A stretch of DNA of 64,000 nt from Eledone cirrhosa (taxonomy: Eukaryota), in contig OZ024764.1 of assembly GCA_964016885.1 (NCBI GenBank), positions 10,106,001-10,170,000 of the forward strand. Reading direction: 5' to 3'. A program made the position numbers and the translations under genes. Below the pieces are notes generated by a model. The model was not told the DNA's origin. It saw only the letters and a list, made by a program, of their open reading frames with translations, and made no database searches. Below are positions 14,100 to 25,569 of the stretch, piece after piece. Positions within the stretch are counted from its first letter, which is position 1; each line of letters starts with the position of its first letter.

Positions 14100-14166
14100 T
14101 TTTATTATGCGCATTTCAAAAACAAACATCATCATGCAATAATATTTGTGTTTTCATCAGATAAAA
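14100..14166 (-). ncRNA. Minimal type-I hammerhead ribozyme motif
   Basis: Minus strand: TTTTAT-CTGATGA-AAAcACAAATATTAT...ATGATGTTTGTtTTT-GAA-ATGCGCAT-A-ATAAAA; palindromic stem III. Confidence 0.72.
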
Positions 14167-14225
14167 CAGGAGAACATGATATGAAGGCTAAAAAACACTT
14201 GTGGATAGTGCAGTTTTAAATCAAC

Positions 14226-14281
<56 letters not shown>

Positions 14282-14786
14282 TGAAAGTTTTCATGAAATA
14301 GTCTTTTAAGACTATACATAGCATTTGATGTTATTCCAAATTGAAGGATAAGTGTTTCAAACTTTATTTTATCATGAGTTAAAGGTCTATAGATTTTTCC
14401 CTGGATTTTACTAAATTCTGTGGATGAATTTATATCCTGATTCTCTTTTGAGATGAGTTTGAGTTATTTTTCCTAAATCTTTCGTTAACTACTTTTCCCA
14501 TCTTGACGTTATAGTCGCATATATGTTATAGAATGCCGTTAGCTTCTTGCTAAAACAATCTCTATACCTCTCATTTATATATATATATATATATATATAG
14601 TAATAATAATAAATTTGAAGACTAAAATGGCTCGATAAGGATAAATATATATATATGCAAAAGTTTTATTTAAAATTGTTGGGTTACAACAAGTAAATAT
14701 TTTATAACTGATATAAAGCACTCAACAAGTTTTGGAGTAGATATACGATATTAAACAAATGGAAACTATATTTATAAAACCATATT

Positions 14787-14852
14787 TATTTCATTATACA
14801 TATTTCAGGGATACCATATTAAAAATATGGCATGCCTTCTTCAGATAAAATA
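14787..14852 (-). ncRNA. Minimal type-I hammerhead ribozyme motif (same family as 21967-22031)
   Basis: Minus strand: TATTTTAT-CTGAAGA-AGGcATGCCATATT(ttt)AATATGGTATcCCT-GAA-ATATGTAT-A-ATGAAATA. Confidence 0.72.
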
Positions 14853-14951
14853 CAATATATAAGCAGTTTTATAAATAAATTTGACGTACCATAAATATTG
14901 ATCAACTTTTATGTAAAAAGTTGGTTTGGTAGTATATATATATATATATAT

Positions 14952-15069
14952 ATAGGAACGAGTAGGACCCCGACGGCTGAGCTCAAGCCGTTTCGACGGC
15001 TAATTCTGGACCCAGAATTAGCCGTCGAAACGGCTTGAGCTCAGCCGTCGGGGTCCTACTCGTTCCTAT
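14952..15069. repeat. 58-bp perfect palindrome, 2-nt spacer
   Basis: 14952-15009 is the reverse complement of 15012-15069. Confidence 0.95.
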
Positions 15070-15148
15070 TACCCACTCTACTACCCTAAGTATTGAGTAC
15101 TTTGGTGCGTTATGGTCCACCTGGTTCCTTACCACATTTCCTTCATTA

Positions 15149-15179
<31 letters not shown>

Positions 15180-15409
15180 TTATTTATGTATCTATTTATA
15201 TATTTATTTATTGACCATTTGATGTTGATGTTGTTGTTATATGTGTATGTAATCCACTGTTTAGCTTCAGCGACACAAAGAGATGTGCACACGTTCACGC
15301 CATTGTCTGCTCCAGAACAACGTCTTTTTTACAGCGATGTGACCTGTGCACAAACCTTCCACCACCCACCCCACCGCTTCAGCCCTTTGTTGTCACTTCA
15401 GTTTGTCAT

Positions 15410-15428
15410 CTCTCTCTCTCTATCTCTA

Positions 15429-15462
<34 letters not shown>

Positions 15463-16670
15463 CCTATTCTCTCTCTCCCTTTCTCTCTCCTTCCTCTCTC
15501 CCTCAACACTCTCCCCCACTCCACTCTCTCCACTACTCTCTGCTCAACACTCTCTCTCTCTCCTCTCCATTCTCTCTCCTCAACTCTCTCTCTCTCCTCT
15601 CCACTCTCTCTCCTCTCCACTCTCTCTCCTCTCAACACTCTCTCTCTCCTCTCCACTCTCTCAACACTCTCTCTCCTCTCCACTCTCTCCACACTCTCTC
15701 TCTCCTCAACACTCTCTATCTCCTCTCCACTCTCTCTCCTCTCCACTCTCTCCACACTCTCTCTCTCCTCTCCACTCTCTCCACACTCTCTCTCTCCTCT
15801 CCACTCTCTCCACACTCTCTCTCTCCTCTCCACTCTCTCTCTCTCTCCTCTCCACACACTCTCTCTCCTCTCTCCACACTCTCTCTCTCCTCTCCACTCT
15901 CTCTCTCTCTCCTCTCCACACACTCTCTCTCCTCTCTCCACACTCTCTCTCTCCTCTCCACTCTCTCTCTCTCTCCTCTCCACACACTCTCTCTCCTCTC
16001 TCCACACTCTCTCTCTCCTCTCCACTCTCTCTCTCCTCTCCACTCTCTCTCTCTCTCCTCTCCACACACTCTCTCTCCTCTCTCCACTCTCTCTCTCCTC
16101 TCCACTCTCCTCTCCACTCTCTCTCCTCTCTCCACTCTCTCAACACTCTCTCTCTCCTCTCAACACTCTCTCTCTCCTCTCCACTCTCTCTCCTCTCTCC
16201 ACTCTCTCAACACTCTCTCTCTCTCCTCTCCACTCTCTCTCCTCTCAACACTCTCTCTCTCCTCTCAATACTCTCTCTCTCCTCTCCACTCTCTCAACAC
16301 TCTCCCTCTCCTCTCCACTCTCTCAACACTCTCTCTCTTCCATCCACTATCTCCTCTCCACTCTATCTCTCCTCTCTCTCCTCTCCACACTCTCTCTCTC
16401 CTCTCCACTCTCTCTCTCTCTCTCCTCCACACTCTCTCTCTCTCCACACACTCTCTCTCCTCTCCTCTCTCTCCACACACTCTCTCTCCTCTCCACTCTC
16501 TCAACACTCTCTCTCTCCTCTCCACTCTCTCTCCTCTCCACACTCTCTCTCTCTCCTCTCCACTCTCTCCACACTCTCTCTCCTCTCAACACTCTCTCCA
16601 CAACTCTCTCTCTCTCCACAACACTCTCAAACTTCACGTGTCTCTTGTCCCTCTCTCTCTCTCTCCCCAC
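15410..16670. repeat. CT-rich low-complexity tract abutting the exon A acceptor
   Basis: ctctccactctct-type units over about 1.2 kb. Confidence 0.95.
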
Positions 16671-16675
16671 TCTAG

Positions 16676-16759
16676 CGACTAATCTACCTCACTACCCCTG
16701 TACCATGGAAGCGCAAGAAGAAAACTGGTAAATCGAAGATAACGAACAGCCGAATATAA
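16676..16759 (+). CDS. DAT: DAT-like terminal exon A (short tail)
   Basis: Long pyrimidine tract, then ctctag|[27 protein letters not shown]; phase 0; paralogous to exon B. Confidence 0.75.
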   Translation, partial: RLIYLTTPVPWKRKKKTGKSKITNSRI

Positions 16760-16786
16760 CCCCTTGTTTCACCTCCCTTTTTGTAG

Positions 16787-16903
16787 CGCTTCAAATATTT
16801 GTTGACCCCAGTACCGGAGAAAAGACGCAAGAAGACTGGAAAATCCAAGAAAACCAACACTCGGATTAATGGAGGGAGTGGTGCAGTTGCTGAACAGGTG
16901 TGA
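16787..16903 (+). CDS. DAT: DAT-like terminal exon B (long tail ending EQV)
   Basis: cctccctttttgtag|[38 protein letters not shown]; RFxxLxTP is the usual SLC6 C-terminal motif. Confidence 0.85.
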   Translation, partial: RFKYLLTPVPEKRRKKTGKSKKTNTRINGGSGAVAEQV

Positions 16904-17029
16904 ATATAATGTATATATATATAGCTATATATATGTATGTATATATATATATATATGTGTATATATGTATATATGTATGTATGTATGTATGTATATGTGT
17001 ATATATATGTATGTATATATGTATGTATG

Positions 17030-17061
<32 letters not shown>

Positions 17062-17133
17062 TGTATGTATGTATGTATGTATGTATATATATATATGTAT
17101 GTATGTATATATATGTATGTATGTATGTATATA

Positions 17134-17169
<36 letters not shown>

Positions 17170-17175
17170 TGTATA

Positions 17176-17211
<36 letters not shown>

Positions 17212-17215
17212 TATG

Positions 17216-17254
<39 letters not shown>

Positions 17255-17289
17255 ATATATATGTATGTATGTATATATATATATATATG

Positions 17290-17321
<32 letters not shown>

Positions 17322-17334
17322 TGTATGTATGTAT

Positions 17335-17368
<34 letters not shown>

Positions 17369-17541
17369 GTGTATATATATGTATGTATATATATATATAT
17401 GTATGTATGTATATATATATATATGTATGTATGTATGTATATGTATATATATGTATGTATGTATATATATATGTATATATGTATGTATGTATATATATAT
17501 ATAAATATATATGTGTGTATGTATGTATATGTATATATAGC

Positions 17542-17572
<31 letters not shown>

Positions 17573-17945
17573 GTATATGTATATGTACACAGATAGACAG
17601 ACAGACAGATATATATACATCTATATACATACATACATACATACATACATACATACATACATACACACCTACCTACATACATACATACATACATACATAC
17701 GTACCTACATACATACATACATACATACATACATACATACATACGTACGTACATACATACATACATACGTACATGCATACATACATACATATAGATACAT
17801 AAATATACCCAGACATATATACATATACAGACACTCATATAAATATATACATACACATATAAAAAATATACAGAAATAGCAAAGCAAACAACACAGTACA
17901 ATGAAGAAATATATTAGTTTAACGCTTGAAATAGCAGGAAGAGGG

Positions 17946-17981
17946 TCTTAACGTTTCAGACGCTAGTCCCTCATCAGGAAA
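17946..17981 (-). ncRNA. Hammerhead motif, ACGT family, stem I partly broken
   Basis: Minus strand: tttc-CTGATGA-g-GGAC(tagc)GTCT-GAA-ACGT-T-AAGA. Confidence 0.55.
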
Positions 17982-18421
17982 TAGAATGAGAGAAATAAAA
18001 GGTAAAATAGAAAGGTAAAGAGCGAGAAGAAAGAATGGAAGAAAAGAAATTGAGAAAAAGACACGTACATATTTAGTCAGCCATATTGGAAATTATATAC
18101 ACACACACATACACAATTATATACACACACACACACACACATTCACACACATATATATATATACTCTTTTACTCTTTTACCTGTTCCAGCCATCCGGCTG
18201 AAGTCATGATATATTTAATGTGTGTATAGTGAGTTATATTCATGTTCTTACAACATGGTCACGGATGTTTCAGCAATGCAGGTGTTCGCTAAGCTTCATC
18301 ATTCCCTAATGAAGCTTAGCTAACTAACATCGTGATGGTATTGTTAGAACAGGAAGAAATCTCAGAGCACCAGTAACGCACTGGGATAATTGCTGGCCTT
18401 TGTCCCAAAAGTAGAAACAAT

Positions 18422-18458
<37 letters not shown>

Positions 18459-18650
18459 GTATATTTTCTACCTGGAGTTGCGACCGATAGATAGTATTAG
18501 CAATTGGAAAGACCAACGGAAACATTGTTTCCTCAGTCCGATTTGACGAAAGTTGATTGACCAAATTTTCATTTTATATATATATATATATGTATATAAA
18601 CAAGAAGTGTATGTCAACAGGTTAAAATTTTACTTTGTTTATTCATAGTT

Positions 18651-18709
18651 GCTGTTATACATATTTTGGTGATAACTATTATGTAACAACTATGACCTCA
18701 TCAGACAGC
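18651..18709 (-). ncRNA. Degenerate hammerhead motif (G12A)
   Basis: Minus strand: GCTGT-CTGATGA-GGTcATAG...TTATcACC-AAA-ATATGTAT-A-ACAGC; stems intact, catalytic G12 lost. Confidence 0.55.
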
Positions 18710-18833
18710 TAGAACTTGAACAGAAAAAAACAAAGAAACATAATGATGGAATATAGCTTACATCTGTTATTTTGATATTGAGATATGCTCAGTGCTGAAG
18801 TTTGGTGTTGTTTTCTCAAAGCACTGGTCCCAT

Positions 18834-18867
<34 letters not shown>

Positions 18868-18954
18868 GTAAAAGGTAAACAGAAATAACAACACAATCGG
18901 TAAAGTATATGGAAGGAATATATTAGGTTAACACTTGAAATAGCAAGAAGAGGG

Positions 18955-18990
18955 TCTGAACGTTTCGGACGCTAGTCTTTCATCAGAAGA
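18955..18990 (-). ncRNA. Hammerhead motif, ACGT family, degenerate
   Basis: Minus strand: TCTT-CTGATGA-a-AGAC(tagc)GTCC-GAA-ACGT-T-CAGA. Confidence 0.55.
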
Positions 18991-19076
18991 AAGAATCAGA
19001 AATAAGATAGATTGAAGGGACGGGCGGGGTGGAACTGGAAAAAATGTCTTTAGATAAAAATAACAGGTCCATATAT

Positions 19077-19155
<79 letters not shown>

Positions 19156-19715
19156 CATGCATATATATACATATATACATGCATATATATATACATACAT
19201 ATATACATACATTTATATGTATATATGCATATATATATATGATCTTACATATATGAAGGGACCAGGAAATCTTTCGTATCACTGAAATTTTCTTTGCTTC
19301 TTATATATATTTATATATATATATAGTAATAATAATAAATATGAAGACTAAAATCTTCATGAAGACTAAAGAGGGGTCGATAAGGATAAATATATATCAA
19401 ATATATAAGAACCATAGAGCGAAGAAGATCCATTAGGGGTGAATGCAGCAATTCTTTAATCTGTTATTTTAATAAATATATCTATATATAGTAATAATGA
19501 GATTATAGTGTACTAATTCACTATATTAATTGGTAAAATAATTTAAGCGCAATGCTCATTTTTACCCTTGTTCTTCAGGAGCAAATAGTTTATAGTATTA
19601 CAGCATTTATAATTCAAAACTAAATAAAAACTAAATAAGGCCCAGGGATGTAAATGAATTAATAAATAATAACATTTATCGTTAGTCTTATTGAATTTTC
19701 ACTATATACACACAT

Positions 19716-19818
<103 letters not shown>

Positions 19819-20049
19819 TATATGCCGGCATACAAGTTGATCCGGCACATAGGTCAACCCCTAAAATTATGAGGTGTAGTTCAGGTTTAGGCCTATATTC
19901 ACCAGATAAGGAGAGACCCCCCCCCCCCCAAAGAAAAAGAAAAAAAATAATAAGGTAGTTGCAGGGGAAATAATTCAAAAAATTTACTGGCATGCTAAAG
20001 GCTAAGACACTTCAGTCGCAAGTGAGTTCTAACTCACTGAGTAAAGCAG

Positions 20050-20650
20050 CCTATGGTAACTAACCTATGGTAACCTACCCTATGGTAACCTACTCTATGG
20101 TAACCTAACCTATAGTAACCTACCCAATGGTAACCTACCCTATAATAACCTACCCTATAGTAACCTACCCTATGGTAACCTACCCTATAGTAACCTACCC
20201 TATGGTAACCTACCCTATGGTAACCTAGCCTATGGTAACCTAACCTATGGTAACCTATCCTATGGTAACCTAGCCTATGGTAACCTACCCTATGGTAACC
20301 TAACCTACAGTAACCTACCCTACGGTAACCTACCCTATGGTAACCTACCCTATGGTAACCTACCCTACGATAACCTACCCTATAGTAACCTACGATAACC
20401 TACCCTGTGGTAACCTACTCTATGGTAACCTACCCTATGGTGACCTACCTATGGTAACCTACCCTATGGTATCCTAACCTACAGTAACCTACCCTATGGT
20501 AACCTACCCTACGGTAACCTACCCTATGGTAACCTAACCTATAGTAACCTACCCTACAGTAACCTACCCTACAGTAACCTACCCGATGGTAACCTACCCT
20601 ATGGTAACCTACCCTACAGTAACCTACCCGATGGTAACCTACCCTATAAG
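20050..20650. repeat. 15-bp minisatellite
   Basis: Unit taacctaccctatgg, about 40 copies. Confidence 0.95.
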
Positions 20651-20889
20651 CTACAGCAAGTCATCGATATTACTATAATCACTACGTTAAATAGATTTAA
20701 CAAATATGAGATTCAGTAGGAAATAATTGTAGTGGGCTGCTAGAGTTATGGTAAGTGGTGTACAAGTGTTAGGCAGGCAGTTTCACTGTTTACCCCTCAG
20801 TGGTAAAGGTTCACATTCTATATTTGGCGGACATTCGACCCCTGGTTTTGGAGAGATATCTTTAGGCTTCAAATGTCGACTTTTACACC

Positions 20890-20933
<44 letters not shown>

Positions 20934-21674
20934 AGATTTGAATGGATACAGTTTAGTTGAAAGGAATTTATTGACACGTGTTTCTATAACAGTTACATAA
21001 CCTAAAACAGCTATCTACAAACTTTTAGTTATGCAGACATTCAATATTTCAATGTTATTATTTACTGTCATTTCATCAGAATAATATTACTGAGGACCTA
21101 TTTAGTTTTTATAGAGAATATTAGGAGGGAGGGGTGAAGTTGTTAGAAGAATAGTTGAAGGAGTGGTTTTTCGATAGCAGTGAGATGTATATATATATAT
21201 ATATACATATAAATATATATATATGTATATATGTGTAATCTGAGTTTTTCGAATATTAATAACAACATTCGATTCGTTTGCAATTATGCAAACAAGCCTC
21301 ATTTTTAAAGCCATGTCCATAGAATGAACCCTTCATTCTTGCTCTTGTGTTGGCATGTAAACAGAACTGCAGATACTAATATTTCTGGGTATCACCCTTC
21401 ATCAGTACAGCTCTCTGTTCACCTGCCAACTATTCAGCCATGTAGAACGAAACATATTTTTATTATTATATATATTCATTAAAATAACAGATTAAAATTT
21501 AAGCAAAGAATCGGTGCTTTTCAGAAGATCCCGTTAAGGGTCAAAGCAGCGATTCTTTGCTTAAACTTTAATTTGTTATTTTAATAAATATTTGCTCTAG
21601 GGTTCCTATATATTTGATATATATTTATCCTTATCGAGCCCTCTTTGGATTTTAGTCTTCGCATTTATTATTAT

Positions 21675-21736
<62 letters not shown>

Positions 21737-21966
21737 ATATATATATATTTCGTTTCTGAATTTGTTTAGCAAGATTCTTTATCTGAAAACGTGTGTTGAA
21801 ACCGATATTGTTATACTTTGGGAGGGTCATGTTGCCAATAAGAAACACACGCACCAGTTGCATTCATTCCAATTTATTATAAATTAAAAAATGTTTTCAA
21901 AAAAATTGTATATATATATATATATACGATATTAATAAATGGAAACTATATTTATAAAACCATATT

Positions 21967-22031
21967 TATTTCATTATACATATTTCAGGGATACCACATT
22001 AAATTATGGTATGCCTTCATCAGACAAAATA
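21967..22031 (-). ncRNA. Minimal type-I hammerhead ribozyme motif
   Basis: Minus strand: TATTTTGT-CTGATGA-AGGcATACCATA...TGTGGTATcCCT-GAA-ATATGTAT-A-ATGAAATA; differences from the 14787 copy fall at N7 or keep pairing via G-U. Confidence 0.72.
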
Positions 22032-22170
22032 CAATATATAACAGTTTTACAAATAAGCTTTGACGTACCCTATTAAAATGCAACCATTATTTTTGGAAGC
22101 CATCCGGATAGTGAGTTGTTTATATTATTTTAATAAATCGTAGTGTTAAGGACAATTAGAAAAAGACGGA

Positions 22171-22239
<69 letters not shown>

Positions 22240-22277
22240 ATATATATATATATTGTATATATATATATGTACGGAAG

Positions 22278-22318
<41 letters not shown>

Positions 22319-22611
22319 TTTCCTTTAATGCTATCTACCATGACTGACCCCCCACTGATCTTATAGACATCTGTTAGCTTAAGAGAAACTTAATGACAAG
22401 GAATGGTATGCCATCCGGAACCTGTTTATAGAATTCTGTCTGCCTTTGTTACTCTAAAAACAAAAATTAATAAAAATAAACTATAGCTTTGTAGAATTAG
22501 CTTTTAATGAATTCCCTTTTCTATCAACCAATGACCTACACCCATCCCACTCCCCACCCTCTCCTACCACTTGTAGAGACCTATAAATACCATATTTATT
22601 TTTTGATACCC

Positions 22612-22662
22612 AGATTCCTGATGATTTCTAAAGAATGAAACAGTTCTAGTCCTGTAGAAGCT
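22612..22662 (+). ncRNA. Type-I hammerhead motif (same family as 59099-59145)
   Basis: agaTTC-CTGATGA-tTTC(taaa)GAAt-GAA-ACAG(ttctagtc)CTGT-A-GAAgct; GUA site. Confidence 0.6.
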
Positions 22663-22745
22663 CTTCTATATTAAAACTTTTATACTCTGCAATGTATTGA
22701 GTACCTTACTTACTGTGGTTACCTCCAATTCAACCCGGAATAACG

Positions 22746-22782
<37 letters not shown>

Positions 22783-23278
22783 AATGTGGTTGGTGTTAGG
22801 AAGGGCATCCAACTGTAGAAAACCCGCCAGACAGTCCTATGCGAGCAAGACAATCACTCTTGCCTCAAGTGGGAAAACCCCACGTCCAAACCCATGCAAG
22901 CGTGGAACACGGACGCTAAACCTGATGATGATGATGATGATGATGATATATATATATATATATTGTATATATATATATATATAAATGAGGATATAATTAT
23001 GTATTTAAGTTCATACACAGAACAAAAACGCTAAGATTTCAAGGCCGAATATTGACTATATCTTCAGTAAGTGAGAGGGATAAAAATTATGAGCTATCTC
23101 CAGGACCTAATACGAGTTTATCATATATAAGCTAGCTGTTGAAACAGTAAGAGCTCAGCCGGCGGGTCTCAACCTTTTTATATAATAGCTATGCTCTACT
23201 AACCCAATTATTGAGTACTGTACTCTGTTGAGTAATGGTCTAACCAGTTTCAAACTTGATCCATCCTGATAGATATAC

Positions 23279-23384
<106 letters not shown>

Positions 23385-23406
23385 TACATATAGAAACATA
23401 TATATG

Positions 23407-23452
<46 letters not shown>

Positions 23453-23486
23453 TGTATATGTATATATATATATGTATATATATATG

Positions 23487-23568
<82 letters not shown>

Positions 23569-23578
23569 TGTAAATATA

Positions 23579-23655
<77 letters not shown>

Positions 23656-23699
23656 ATAATGATGATGATATATATATATATATATGATGATGGTGATGA

Positions 23700-23744
<45 letters not shown>

Positions 23745-23832
23745 AACATATATATGTATATATATATATATACATCATCATCATCATCATCACCGTTTTA
23801 TATCCGTTTTTCCACGCTAGCATGGGTTAGAC

Positions 23833-23918
<86 letters not shown>

Positions 23919-23929
23919 TATATATACAC

Positions 23930-24016
<87 letters not shown>

Positions 24017-24292
24017 GATAGATATTGACACATATATATACATATAAATATGTAATGTTATCTGAAAGAGATTCAACAATACATTGGTTAACAAACTATA
24101 TACACACGCATATACATACATACTGCTTATGTATGTGTACATGTATAACTATGTGGTGGTATGTGTGTGTGTTTATAATCTGCATAAACATGTATATTTA
24201 CATGCATATATGTGAATATACACACACATATATGTGTCTGTTTGTGTGTGTATATATATATATATATATACACATACATATATGTGTCTGTT

Positions 24293-24368
<76 letters not shown>

Positions 24369-24465
24369 CATATATACAATTATAACTATGCATATATATT
24401 TGTGAAAAATATATATACATGTTTGTATATGTATGTATATATGTATATAAATTATAAATTGTGTG

Positions 24466-24555
<90 letters not shown>

Positions 24556-24685
24556 CATACATATATATTTATATATATACACACACATCACATATATATA
24601 TATTTTTATAAATGTGTGTGTGTGAATTTGCAGTTCCCGTGTGTCTATATATTTCATAGAACCTTATAGTTAAATAATTTGTGTG

Positions 24686-24716
<31 letters not shown>

Positions 24717-24725
24717 ATGTGTGTG

Positions 24726-24758
<33 letters not shown>

Positions 24759-24859
24759 ATGTATATATATATATATGTATGTCCCACCCTTGCAAGCAGG
24801 GAAGAGCGGACGTAAAATGATGATATATGTACATATATATATATATACACACACACACA

Positions 24860-24939
<80 letters not shown>

Positions 24940-25569
24940 TATCCATATATACACACATATATATATATATATATATATATTAATACTTAAAAATTCACTC
25001 AACGTCTTGTAAGCTGGTGACATCTGGTGGTGACAGTAGCAAAATGTTTTACACTTTTCCTTGGTTGTTGTTGTTACTGTTTTTGTTACTGTTGTTGTTG
25101 TTTTTACTGTTGTTGTTGTTATTGTTGTTGTTACTGTTGCTGTTGTTACTGTTGTTGTTGTTACTGTTGTTGTTGTTACTGTTGTTGTTGTACTGTTGTT
25201 GTTGTTACTGTTGTTGCTGATGTTACTGTTGTTGTTGTTGTTGTTGTTGCTGAAGATGGTTACATTGGGTGTTCATGATGATGATGATGGTAGGGGTGAT
25301 GGTGATAATGATGATGATGATGGTAATGATGGCGGCGGTGGTGGTGATGGCGGTGGTGGTGATGGTGATGTGGTAATGGTGATGGCGGTGGTGGTGATGG
25401 TGATGTGGTAATGGTGATGGTGTGTAACGCTTATAAAACTTACTGCACCCACCACCACCACCACCATCACCATCATTGCCACCACTACCATCATCATCAT
25501 CAACGTTAGCAAGCCTAGCCTGATCCAGTAGACCTATGATATGATAAAAGATGTTCCAGATGTGACCAC

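Noticed and set aside
16895-16903. CAG|gtgtga read as a donor extending DAT further
   Set aside because: No downstream SLC6-like exon found; reading through gives a terminal Val and stop. Not fully excluded
21035-21410. Further CTGAWGA motifs (21075-, 21400-, also 12438, 23061-, 28800-, 30886, 43320-/43542)
   Set aside because: Missing GAAA, UH site or stem I; probably decayed relatives but not supportable as hammerheads
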